DNA of 64,000 nt from positions 47,804,001 to 47,868,000 of the forward strand of contig NC_086108.1 in the NCBI RefSeq assembly GCF_963921235.1. Reading direction: 5' to 3'. The notes under the pieces are model-generated. The model had not been told where the DNA came from, made no database searches, and worked only from the letters and a program-made list of their open reading frames with translations. The stretch's first letter is position 1. Every line of letters starts with the position of its first letter. The stretch comes from Mobula hypostoma (lineage: Eukaryota). The position numbers and the translations under genes are program-made. Below are positions 26,901 to 38,750 of the stretch, piece by piece.

Positions 26901-27130
26901 GATATTACCACCTTTTTGGTTCTGCTTTTTAATTTAGACCCTAACTGCTCAAATTCCCTCAGCAGAACCTCTTTCCTCATTCTACCTATGCTGTTGGTAC
27001 CCACAAGGACCACAACATCTGGATCTTTCCCCTCCCACTGCAAGTTCCTCTGCAAGTCAGATAAAATGTCCCGAACAAAGGCATCAGGCAAGCAACACAG
27101 CCTTCAGGATGCCCTTTCTTTGTGACAGAA
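23908..27130 (-). mobile_element. Older, decayed CR1 LINE (ORF1 esterase, APE and RT remnants) in the first intron
   Basis: PDVVVLVGTNSIG; LYLNACSIRN..AITE; HPRVLKEMA..WKMANVTPLFRKG; LTNLLEFFEDV..YLDFQ; 3' tail at 23908. Confidence 0.9.
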
Positions 27131-27169
27131 TTGTCTATACTACCCCAATTAAAGATATAAATCTATAAT

Positions 27170-27375
27170 AGTAGTTGTGCTGTCAAGTCATTGTCAACTC
27201 ATGGCAACCCCATAAATAGTGTAGTTGTCCATAGGGTTTTCATGGAAAGATACAGAAGGAGATTGCCAGATCTTTCTTCCGTGCAGATACTGCTGCCACC
27301 ACCCAGGTTGGGATCTGGCCAGATTCGAACACAGAACTATCTGCCTCGAAGTCCCTTGCTGAGGCCACTATGCAT
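27170..27375 (-). mobile_element. tRNA-derived SINE with an RTE-like 3' tail
   Basis: The minus strand has tagtggc (A-box-like) and gttcgaatc (B-box), and ends gggttgccatgagttgacaatgacttgacagcac. Confidence 0.6.
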
Positions 27376-27439
27376 TGTAATATAAAGTAGCACAAGAACA
27401 GCAAACATTAGGAGCTAGTGTTCTTGGGTTTATTCCCAT

Positions 27440-28035
27440 ACAGAAATTGGATGGCGGAAGGGAAGAAACTGTTCCTAAAAATGTTGAGTACACATTCAGG
27501 CTCCTGAACCTGCTTCTTGACGGCTGAAGTGAGAGAAGGCATGACCTGGGTAATGGAGCTGCATGCTGTCTTTTTTGAGGCATCACCTTTTGAAGGCGTC
27601 CTTGGTGCTGGAGGGACTAGTGACCATCATGGAGCTTTCTGAGTTCACAACTTTCTGCAGCCTTTACCATCTTATGCAGTAGCTCCTCCATACCAGACAG
27701 GGATGCAACCAGTTAGAACACTCTCCACAATATACATGTAGAACCTTGCAACAGTTTTTTGTGACAGAGCAGGTCTTCTCAAAATCTAATGAAGTACAGC
27801 TGTTAACATGTCTTCTCTGCATTTGGATCAATACATTGCACCCAGGATAGATACTCAAAGATGACACTCAGGAACGTGAAACTGCACACCATTTTTCACT
27901 TCTGATTCCTTGGTTGTTTACCCCTCAAATCCATAATCAATTCCTCAGCCTTACCGATGTTAAGTGAAACAATGTCATTGCAACACCACTCAACAGCTGA
28001 TCCCTCACTCCCGTACACCTGATCACCATCTGAAA
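27440..28035 (-). mobile_element. Rex1/Babar-like LINE RT 3' fragment, decayed
   Basis: Similar to 54000-55040, 58325-59110 and, in reverse, 62275-62825. Confidence 0.6.
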
Positions 28036-28221
28036 AGGTGAAGGGCCACCTCCAAAAAAGAGAAAATAGTCACTAGCACAAGATTGACTACACAAATTTA
28101 TGAAATGAAGCATCACTGCAAAACTTGTGAATATTGTACATTAGAAAATGAAGTGGCTTCTCCAAATCATACCCTCACAAGTCTGAGCCCTAATACTACG
28201 CAAAATAATGAGCGTTGCAAG

Positions 28222-29030
28222 TACAGACAGTTGCAAGTTTGCAAACATTTTGCAATTACTTGGTTTCTGCAATAGTTACTCAAAATGTGGTGTGATCATC
28301 CAAGTCACAATAACAGACAAAGAATCTGCCTAAACTAGTAACAAACAATTGTACTTCTCATGTCTTAATTGAACTTGTTGTTTATTTACAGACCAGGCTG
28401 GAAAAAGTATGCAAACCCTTAAAAGTTAATAACTGGTAGGACCTCCTTTAGCAGCAATAACCTCCACCAAGCGCTTCCTGTAGCTGTTGATCAGACTTGC
28501 ACAATGGCAAGGAAAAATTCAGACCATTCCTCAATACAAAACTGTTCCACTTCAATATTTCTAGGATACCTTCCCCTCTTCAGGTCATGCCACAGCATCT
28601 CAATGCTGTTAAGGTCTGGACTCTGATGTGGCCATTTCAAAACAAATTTTCTTTTTAAACCATTCTGTTGATTTACTCTTGGTTTTGGAACATTGTCTTG
28701 TTGCAACATCCAGCTTCTGTAAGTTTCAGGTGACTGGCAACTAACCTGACATTCTCCTGCAAAATGTCTTAATACAATTTGGAGTTCATCACCCCCTTAA
28801 CAATTGCAAGCTGTCCAGGCTCTGAGGCAGCAAAGCAGCCTCAAACCTGATGCAACACACATAAAAGTTGCTGGTGAACGCAGCAGGCCAGGCAGCATCT
28901 CTAGGAAGAGGTGCAGTCGACATTTCAGGCCGAGGCAGCAGCAACTTTTGTGTGTTGCTTGAATTTCCAGCATCTGCAGAATTCCTGTTGTTTGCGTTTG
29001 CGTTTTCAAACCTGATGCTCTGCCACTGCA
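28222..29030 (-). mobile_element. Second Tc1 transposon remnant (3' part)
   Basis: LQQDNVPKP...KWPHQSPDLNSIEMLWHDLKR...FCIEEWS. Confidence 0.85.
28854..29005. mobile_element. PLE-derived repeat inserted into the Tc1 remnant
   Basis: 13-bp direct repeat tcaaacctgatgc at 28841-28853 and 29006-29018; inverted arms; same family as 3422-3576 and 33852-33953. Confidence 0.8.
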
Positions 29031-29101
29031 CATGGCACTTTCAATGTTCTCTCTTGGACCACACAGGTTTCTGCCAAGTTCTAGTATCCTATTAGTAGGG
29101 C

Positions 29102-29455
29102 AGGTGGGACTTGCTAGCCATGGTTGACAGCTCATCTAGAAGGAAAACTCTGATCTCAAACCTCCACTGCTTTGCAGCTATACCCACTCGGGGAAGACTG
29201 GAGTAAACCCAGAGGGGGGAAAAATTCAGAGTTGGATTCCCCAAGGCAATCCTACATTGAGTTCATGTTGACTGCCAACTCCTGCGATGCCACTGGTACC
29301 AAACTGTGTTGGTTGCTGCTGTTCCTTTGGGTTCATCAGATGTGTGGGGGGGAAGCTTGCTACAAGGGTACAAGCTTACTCTCCATATTGTACTGCCCAG
29401 GCTTGCATATCTAGACAGCTAGGAGACCATATCCAACTAACCAGTGGAGACCCTC
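29102..29455 (+). mobile_element. Short retroposon resembling an RTE-type 5' region
   Basis: Flanked by the direct repeat attagtagggc (29091-29101, 29456-29466); contains ctagaaggaaaactctgatctcaaacc. The family call is from memory and tentative. Confidence 0.5.
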
Positions 29456-30525
29456 ATTAGTAGGGCTAACCAATGACATTACCCCTTTCAGCTTTTTAAA
29501 AAGATCCAATTACACATTTAAAAAAAATCAACTGCCATGATTTCCTGATCCTAATTTGTACCAAGTAATTCAAAGGGTATGTTTAAAAACACCCAGGTCA
29601 ATGCCTGACATGTCAAGCCAAGACCCTTGTCCCAAAACATTAATTGTACTCACCTCACCCCCCCAATAGATGCTACCTGGCCCACCAAGTTCCCCCAGCA
29701 TTTGGATTTCCACCATCTGCAGATTTTCTGTTTGTGATTAGTTTACACAAGTTTGATTAGTGTCATTCCCAATTGTAATTTCCCGTCAAATGCAGTTTAA
29801 AGGCAACAAGTACATTTAGCTCTTTTCCTCTTCTGAGGTTGAAACATGCACATTACACGAGCTTGAACAGAACAAAGAAACAGTTGCTGCTGAGTGCAAC
29901 TGTGATGGCAGGGTTGATGGAAAGTTTTAGTTGGAAGGGTGACACCAAGATCAAGCACCAATTTACTTATTACTCCAGCAATGTGTTGTTTTACAAGGAA
30001 GTATTTATTTTAATATGGATGGAATAGTGGCATTCAGAAAGTATTTACTATTCTGTAAATGGCAAAGAGTACTCTGATGGTTAAAAATGAACCCTTGGGG
30101 AGAACAAAAAAAAAGTTAATAGAAATTTGTAAATGATACAAACAGTAAATGCTGGTTTTTCTTCAAGCCTCAACATAATGGGCACAACCTTGGATCCAAT
30201 TTGAATCACCACCTGCATGTACACTGCCATCTTGCCTTCAAGTATGCAATTCACAATTTTTCCAAAATAATTTTAACAAGAGACTACCGCAAATTTATGC
30301 AGGGGATAGAAGACCAAAAATTGTTATTTGGCAGGATCATGCTGTATTAAAGTTAGTATTACACTTTAACACATGGCTAATTCATGTTTGGAACAAGTTT
30401 CTATAACAGTAAAGAAACCAATCACAATGGGCAATCACTTGTCCACCCCCCCCCCTGTTTAAAGCGGCCCGTCACTAACTCTCCAAACTCTGACCAATAT
30501 ATGGCTTCCTCAACATAAACACTAA

Positions 30526-30596
30526 TGCAAATTTGTGGAACAGCACATCTTCCACCTGGACACAATGCAACCTTCTAGACTCAACGCTGCATTTCA
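30526..30596 (+). mobile_element. Possible PLE GIY-YIG endonuclease C-terminal remnant
   Basis: Translates CKFVEQHIFHLDTMQPSRLNAAF, resembling the E..I..L.T..P.GLN motif that ends PLE ORFs. Confidence 0.45.
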
Positions 30597-31619
30597 AGTA
30601 ACTCACTGTATAAGAACTAGCCACTTCTGCCTTTATTTTGATTCAATGTACACTATTCGACTACTATAGCTTGCTGACCATATCCTAGACTCGTTAAGAA
30701 ATGTGAACTTATTTTGTACGAAAACTGGCATTTTAAAAATTTGTGCATATTCTTAAAGTAGTACAATTTAACCTACAAGTTGTAATACTAAACGCTTGTC
30801 TCCAATATAATCAAGTTACATGCACATGGAGTTAAAATATTATACCCTTATTTTGAAAGTACGCAACAGCGTGAACGAAAACTTTTGGAAATCATTACTG
30901 GCTTGTGATTTGTAATAATACACCAAGACACTAGGTGATGCTCTCTACCCGAAATTGATTTGGTCTAGCATAGCTTCTAGAATTCACCAAAGCGCAATTG
31001 ACGCCATGTGAATTTACTGCTCAATCCTTAGTCCAGAATTCAGCAAAATTTTGCCAGGATTCGGTATTGCCTGTTCTAATACATAGCCTACGTTATCTAT
31101 AGAATGGCGATAACTTGTGGACCTGTGATCCACAGATTGTTCGACTGCAAGATTACATATTTCCTCATGGAAGTACAATACAATACGGGACAAAACACCA
31201 TGTTATAGGAAAGTCTCCGTTTCTGTTTGACGCATTTCCCCCATTAGCCACATTCCCCTCGCAATACCAAAGGTCCGCAGATTCACAACTGGAATCCAAA
31301 AATTTTGCTTTGTTCTTCGTACACCCACCAACCCAACTGTGGCCGCAGATCTTACGTTCGCTTATTCGATGAATTCTGCCCATTCTCTAGAGGCATCTAA
31401 ACTAGCTCACCCATTAAAAAAGAGAAAATAAACCCCCGCACTACAGTTCCCCCAATCTTAACGAGTGATTGGCAGCCTCCGTTTCCCTCCACGCACATAC
31501 CACTAAACAAGTCACCCGCTCAGTCTCAACCTGCCCCACCGCCACCTAATGCAAACGTTAACCGTATCCTAGGCCTTCCATCTAACAAAAGAACCCCTGT
31601 TTGATTTCTTTTGTCACTC

Positions 31620-32720
31620 CCTAGCCCTTAAACGTTTTGTTTCGTAGGGTCTGTGATCCTCCTCTACGACGCGAGGAGAATGGCAGAACCAAACAATGCC
31701 GTGTGCCCTGCCATCGCCCAACCTGAAACCACACCGAGACAGGTAGGAGAGAACGAGGGAGGCGGGTCTGCGCAGCGAGCGGACGTGGCCGTACCGCAGG
31801 CTGGTCGGCCCACGGGCTCTGACACCCCCACCGCCCACGTTCTATTCACGGTCTCCAGCCCGGGACCGCGCCGCGACTGTTGGCGTTTAAAACACAAGTT
31901 AACCCGTTGCGTTCTTCGAGACCCGATTCAACCAAACTCGACAGCTCGCAACACGAGACCACTCACCACCCCCCCCCACAACACCCCCGCCCTCCAAAAT
32001 CTGGCCGATTGGCCACGGGCTTCGCTCACAACGACCACCCGGACGGTCGATCAAGGCGCCATACAGCAGCACAACCGCAAAGTTAGCTTGTCATTGGAAC
32101 CGTGAGGGGGGGGGGAAGATGAATTCCTCACGCCTCAACAAAGAAAAGCAGAAGTATTAGAGACCTTCGACACGAGCCGCATACGCTAACTCGGAAGCGT
32201 CTAAATAAATCGTACCTTTCTGAGGATAAAACGGAGGATACAAATCATATTTGATGAAGTAAACGTTCTATCCTCTGCTGAGCGCCCTCACCGCAGTAAA
32301 TTACCGAGAGGCTCCCCAGCAGCCTACAGCTTCCGACAGACCGCTGCAACTGCTGACTCCCCCGCGCCCAGATAAATAGTGACGTGTAATGAGTTGTGTG
32401 CGCGCAGTGCGCATGCGCCCGGGTTGAGTCCGCTCCTCCCCACCACCAGCCCGAAGTGTTTGCGCGCGGACCCGGGTTCGGGTTCGGCTCGGCTCGGCTC
32501 GGCTCGCGGCGCGGGAGATGGTGGGCCGGTGGTGCTGCATTCAACAGACCGATTACTGGAGCACCGTTCACCGCATTTCTTCGCGCCTACGCCCCCCTCC
32601 CCCCGCTTGCTTATGCTTATTAAAGACGAGGTTTATCCTCCTCGCTCGCGTTTCTTCATCGACACAGCTACGGTTTTTGGCGAAGCTCAACGATGGCCGG
32701 AAGACTGTTTCGCTTGAATG
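31620..32720. promoter_or_regulatory. CpG island / IVNS1ABP promoter
   Basis: The only long GC- and CpG-dense non-repeat stretch in an AT-rich window. Contains TATTTAT (minus, 32372-32378), CRE-like TGACGT (32380-32385) and NRF1-type TGCGCATGCGC (32408-32418). Confidence 0.85.
32216..32350 (-). other. IVNS1ABP: Candidate 5' UTR exon 1 of IVNS1ABP
   Basis: Inside the CpG island, downstream of a TATA-like element; donor AAG/gtacg starting at 32215. The transcription start is approximate. Confidence 0.55.
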
Positions 32721-33204
32721 CTTTATTTTACTCGCCAATGAAAGCAGAAAACAATTGTCGATTACAATTTGGAGGTTATGCGGCATCTATAGTGAGAAAA
32801 CAGATTTAACATGTCAGGGTAATGATATCGGAGGAATGGGATCCATTCCACTTTTGCTATAGCTAAGTCAATAGTGCTAAACTATAAGCGATAGTGCTTT
32901 GCTGCAACCCACTTCAAGAAATCCCTAGAAAGGAAATGATAGCGATGAGGCAGGAAATGTTTTTGTCTTACGTCTTATTCTCCATCAAAACCAATTTTGT
33001 TTCTCCATAGAATTGGCACACGTTGTTCTTCGCGGTCTTGCACGCCGTATCCGCCAGACATGGAATTGTAGACAAATACTGTTCAGTAATTAAACCTTAC
33101 ATATGCTGCAGCTATACAGCCTCAGGCAATGGATCTAACTATACTTCCGCCCAAGTATACTTTTTCCACTTTTACTCATCAGACAACGGCATCAGCATAA
33201 CTTT

Positions 33205-33405
33205 AGCAACGCACAAATGAACTGGAGGAACTCAGCAAGTTGGACAGCATCTATAAAATGAAATGGACAAGGGTCCTTTCGGGTCCCGATGAAGGCTCCC
33301 AATTCGAAACGTCGACTGTCCATTTCTCTCCTTTGATGATAGTTAACTCGCTGACTTCCTCCTTTGTGTATTGCTCCAGATTTTCAGCAGCTGTAATCTG
33401 TTGCG
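33205..33405. mobile_element. Older PLE-derived repeat with a degenerate hammerhead (33281-33318, plus strand)
   Basis: gggtc-ccgatga-aggctcccaattc-gaaacgtc-gactg. Confidence 0.6.
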
Positions 33406-33851
33406 TCAACATAATTTCATATGCACTTATCCTTTAAATTCATACGATCTGTTCATCAAAATAATTTTATAAAGTAGCAGTTCCCCTATTATACTCAATC
33501 TTTGTAATAGAAATATCTCCTTAATTCGTAGTTTACTATATCAATGATTTTCTTTAGTTTTTTTAATCACCTGGAAATATTTTCTCTAAGTTGAACCTAT
33601 GAACCCCTATCAATATACAGTACTAAGGAATTCTGTCAGTATTTTCTACTTTGTCGAGTACTCTCTAAACAATACGGAGACCATAAATGTCCGCTGTACT
33701 GATTTTCTTTCATTTCTCACAGGTCACTATCAAAGTGAGTTTTTAATGCCACATCTCACTGCTCCTGAATGGTGTCTGATTTTAAAGTGGAAGTGTTCCA
33801 ACAGAGGATGCTGGGTGTTTCCTTTTAGTGAGCAGAGCTCATATATTGGGA

Positions 33852-33953
33852 CAACACACACCAAAGTTGCTGGTGAACGCAGCAGGCCAGGCAGCATCTC
33901 TAGGAAGAGGTACAGACGATGTTTCAGGCTGAGACCCTTCGTCAGGACTGAAG
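33852..33953 (-). mobile_element. PLE-derived repeat with a 12-bp target-site duplication
   Basis: catatattggga at 33840-33851 and 33954-33965. Confidence 0.8.
33913..33950 (-). ncRNA. Minimal type I hammerhead ribozyme motif (PLE type; this copy is probably impaired)
   Basis: Minus strand reads CAGTC-CTGACGA-AGG(GTCTCAG)CCT-GAAA-C-ATC-GTCTG: stem I with 1 mismatch, CUGANGA core, stem II, GAAA and an NUH site. Confidence 0.7.
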
Positions 33954-35304
33954 CATATATTGGGAAATGCTTTCAAAAAAACCCTTGGCCAAGTGCAAGA
34001 GTGTATTTTGTTTTTGGTACACACTGCAACCTTGGTGTGCTAATTGGATGTTCAGGGAGATGGATGGGATGAGGGGAAGATAGCTTAGACCCAATGTGTT
34101 AAGATTTCTTGAATTGTTACGGGTCTATTAATTCATGAACATGTTAAGGATTCTATTACTGTCCTCAAGATGGTGAAAAAGTTGTGGGAATTTATGAGGG
34201 GGGAAAATTGTATGGCTGGTCCAGTTAAGATTCTGGCCAGAGTATTGATGGGGAGGGTCTGGGTGATGATTCTGAATGTCTGAATTTCTGAGGGGGGGGA
34301 TGGGAAATGGGAGGAAGTTGTTTATTAAACTCTTGTTGGACGTGGCCATTACCTGTCATTTGCATGACAAACTTACAAGCCATAGCTGAAAGTTATCAAG
34401 ATTTGGCTGCCCATGGGCATGAACAATTTCATTGCTTGAGGATTTGTGAACAGAACTATGCATTGTGAAATCACTGGCAAATATTTGCTTTATGGAACAT
34501 GGAGGATCATTGATGAAGGTGAATAGGCCTAGACACTGATTTCTTGGTACAGGTTCATCCCCAGCAACCACATCCATCTTCATTTCTTGCTGAAAGGACT
34601 CTAACTTTTTGAAAATTCTACTTTATTTCCTAGTTGACCTCAGTGTACCAAGCATGTTTAATGCATTAGTTAATGAACTTTCCCTTTAATGCCAAAGTTC
34701 TTGATATCAACCCGGCTAAAGACTAATTTCTGTGATTGTGAGGAACTCTAGAGGAGTTGAAATTAATCTTCTGCCTTGTCTTTTCCAGTCATGTGCTGGG
34801 TTGCACTATCTTGAAGATGGAGATGTTCATGGATCCTCCTATATTATCTGCCAAATGTATGACTTGTATGTGAAACGATTATAGTGCTTAGTTCAGGCCT
34901 GTCAATTATTAAGTTGCTTTGATTTCCCGATACATAGCCGTGTATTATCAGGTTGACATTTCATTTTTGGATCAATCTGTTGCTGCCCTTGATTTTCTCT
35001 TATATATTTCCCATGGATTAAGTTTAGGTTGTTCTGGATCATTGGTAATGATAAACTGAGGAATATGCTACACATGAGATAGTAATATTAGTGAAATACA
35101 ATTTGCCACTGCAGAAGTTCACATGGATATTTGCAAGTAACTGGATATTTTCTGAATATATCCAAATTAGAAAGCTAATCATGACACACAAGTGGTCCTT
35201 ATTATGAAGAAGGGAATTCATGTTCACAGAATTCTTACCAATCACAGACTCACCAGGCAATAGTTAAGTTAGTGAGGACAAGATGAGATTGGTTACGACC
35301 TGTT

Positions 35305-35530
35305 CAGATTCAGAATCAGGTTTAATATCACTGGCATATGTTGTGAAATTTGTTCTGCTGCAGCAACAGTACTTTGCATAGCATTATAATAAAAACTATA
35401 CATTACAATAAGAAGTCTATAGAAAGAAAGAGAATTAAATAGGAAGTGCAAAAATAAAGGGAAAAATACTGAGGTAGTGTTCATGACCATTCAGAAATCT
35501 AATGGTGGAGAGGAAGAAGCTGTTCCTGAT
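35305..35530 (-). repeat. LINE 3' tail (Rex1/Babar-like)
   Basis: cagattcagaatcagg tandem tail and gaagaagctgttcctga; same family as 58325-58560. Confidence 0.55.
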
Positions 35531-38500
35531 AAGCTGATTTGTTGGATCTCCTTGCCCAATTTTGACAAATGCCAGGTGATTTCTTAGGAATTGATGGTCA
35601 ATTTTGTGGATTCCCAAGGCGATCCACTCATGATTATGTATTATTGCCCCGCTATATAGGTATTTAAACATGATGCACCCAAGTAGGGAAATGATCTGGA
35701 AAGTTTGAGTATGGTTATTCAGAATGTTGCTTTACTTAACACAAGGTCCTTCAATCGATGTATGTTCCAAAAGTTCACATACAGGATTTTGCAACATTAA
35801 CTCGGCTAGCTAGGCCTTTGTAATGAATGTGTCATATGCTTATGGTGATGCCAGGTGTCTTAACTAGTTTTCTAGTTAACTAGTTATTGTATAATGTAAA
35901 TGTTTCTTTTGTAGATACTAACTTCTTACATGACATATATTTACCCAGGTATAACAGTGCTATTTGTTTCTGTGAGGTTTTAGTTATATTGTGTTCAGAA
36001 GTGAGCTTACATAATTGTATATTTTATTACTTGAAAGGACAAGTTAAGTTTAAAACCACATACCTTTCCCTCCACCAACCCCTTCAAGAACGGAATGTGA
36101 TTATTTCCTTTGCCTATCAGCTTCTTCAGCCTCTGAGTATGTTGACTGAGAACTCTGCAACAAGGATAATAGCACTTGGTTGCTTTCATTGTCAAATGAA
36201 CATACAATGTAATATTTGCAAGCATACTGCAAGTACTTCACTCAGTTATAATGATCCACCATGGAGAATAAGAAAACAATTTTCATAGTGAGAGCCTGTG
36301 ATTTTAACTATGTAATTTCATACCATTCTGGATTATTTCTAATGAGAATAGAATCTGCTGCATCTTTGTTACTAAACTGCAGCATAACTTCCTCACTTTA
36401 CATAGAAAATAGGTGCAGGAGTAGGCCATTTGGCCCTTTGAGCCTGCACTGCCATTCAGTATGATCATGGCTGATCATCCAACTCAGAACCCTGTACCTG
36501 CCTTCTCTCCATACCCCCTGATCCCTTTAGCCACAAGGGCCATATCTAACTCCTTCTTAAATATAGCCAATGAACTGGCCTCAACTGTTTCCTGTGATAG
36601 AAAATTCCACAGTTTCACCACTCTCTGTGTGAAGAAGTTTATCCTCACCTCGGTCCTAAAAGGCTTCCCCTTTATCCTCAAACTGTGACCCCTCGTTCTG
36701 GACTTCCCTAACATCGGGAACAATCTTCCTACATCTAGCCTGTCCAATCCCTTTAGAATTTAATATGTTTCAATAAGATCCCCCCCTCAATCTTCTAAAT
36801 TCCAGAGAGTATAAGCCTAGTCGATCCAGTCTTTCATCATATGAAAGTCCTGCCATCCCAGGAATCAATCTGGTGAACCTTCTTTGTACTCCCTCTATGG
36901 CAAGAATGTCTTTCCTCAGATTAGGGGACCGAAACTGCACACAATACTCCAGGTGTGGTCTCACCAGGCCTTGTACAACTGCAGTAGTACCTCCCTGCTC
37001 CTGTACTCGAATCCTCTCGCTATAAATGCCAGCATACCATTCGCCTTTTTCACCGCCTGCTGTACCTGCATGCCCACTTTCAATGACTGGTGTATAATGA
37101 CACCCAGGTCTCGTTGCACCTCCCCTTTTCCTAATCGGCCACCATTCAGATAATCTGTTTTCCTGTTCTTGCCACCAAAGTGGATAACCTCACATTTATC
37201 CATATTAAATTGCATCTGCCATGAATTTGCCCACTCACCTAACCTATCCAAGTCACCCTGCATCCTCTTAGCATCCTCCTCACAGCTAATACTGCCACCC
37301 AGCTTCGTGTCATCCGCAAACTTGGAGACGCTGCATTTAATTCCCTCGTCTAAGTCATTTATATATATTGTAAACAACTGGGGTCCCAACACTGAGCCTT
37401 GCGGTACCCCACTAGTCACTGCCTGCCATTCTGAAAAGGTCCCATTTATTCCCACTCTTTGCTTCCTGTCTGCCAACCAATTCTCTATCCACATCAGTAC
37501 CAAACCCCCAATACCGTGTGCTTTAAGTTTGCACACTAATCTCCTGTGTGGGACCTTGTCAAAAGCCTTTTGAAAATCCAAATATACCACATCCACTGGT
37601 TCTCCCCTATCCACTCTACTAGTTACATCCTCAAAAAATTCTATGAGATACGTCAGACATGATTTCCCTTTCACAAATCCATGCTGACTTTATCCAATGA
37701 TTTCACCGCTTTCCAAATGTGTTGTTATCACATTTTTGGTAACTGACTCCAGTATTTTCCCCACCACCGATGTCAGGCTTACCGGTCTATAATTCCCTGG
37801 TTTCTCTCTCCCTCCTTTTTTAAAAAGCGGGGTTACATTAGCCACCCTCCAATCCTCAGGAACTAATCCAGGATCTAAAGAGTTTTGAAAAATTATCACG
37901 AATGCATCCACTATTTCTTGGGCTACTTCCTTAAGCACTCTAGGATGCAGACCATCTGGCCCTGGGGATTTATCTGCCTTTAATCCCTTCAATTTACCTA
38001 ACACCACTTCCCTACTAAGATGTATTTCCCTCAGTTCCTCCATCTCACTGGACCCTCGTCCCCCACTATTTCCGGAAGATTATTTATATCCTCCTTAGTG
38101 AAGACAGAACCAAAGTAGTTATTTAATTGGTCTGCCATGTCCTTGTTCCCCATGATCAATTCACCTGTTTCTGACTGTAAGGGACCTACATTTGCCTTAA
38201 CCAATCTTTTTCTTTTCACATATCTATAAAAGCTTTTACAGTCAGTTTTTATGTTCCCTGCCAGCTTTCTCTCATAATCTTTTTTCCCTCTCCTAATTAA
38301 GCCCTTTGTCCTCTCTAATAGACTCTGAGTTTCTCCCAGTCCTCAGGTGTACTGCTTTTTCTGGCTAATTTGTATGTTTCTTCTTGGAATTGATATTATC
38401 CCTAAATTCCCTTGTCAGCCACGGGTGCACTACTTTCCCTGGTTTATTCTTTTGCCAAACTGGGATGAAAAATTGTTGTAGTTCATCCATACGATCTTTA

Positions 38501-38750
38501 AATGCTTGCCATTGCATATCCACTGTCAACCCTTTAAGTATCATTAGCTAATTCACGTTTCATACCTTCAAAGTTACCCTTCTTTAAGTTCAGAACCTTT
38601 GTTTCTGTACTAACTATATCACTCTCCATCTTAATGAAGAGTTCCACCATGTTATGGTCACTTTTACCCAAGGGGCCTCGCATGACAAGATTGCTAACTT
38701 ACCCTTCCTCATTACTCAATACCCAGTCTAGAATGGCCTGCTCTGTAGTT

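Larger units (their letters stand above)
7245..32350 (-). other. IVNS1ABP: IVNS1ABP gene span (influenza virus NS1A-binding protein / KLHL39 / Nd1): 13 coding exons plus 2 inferred 5' UTR exons; the 3' UTR continues below 7245
   Basis: Manually spliced exons give a continuous 1920-nt [40 protein letters not shown]...[13 protein letters not shown], recognisable as IVNS1ABP. All introns are GT-AG with consistent phases. The upstream boundary is approximate. Confidence 0.97.

Noticed and set aside
29102..29200. HDV-like ribozyme at the start of the RTE-like element
   Set aside because: I could not assemble the nested double pseudoknot by eye
31614..32862. Several overlapping ORFs of 68-150 aa on both strands
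   Set aside because: They lie in the GC-rich CpG island, where stop codons are rare, and show no recognisable domain
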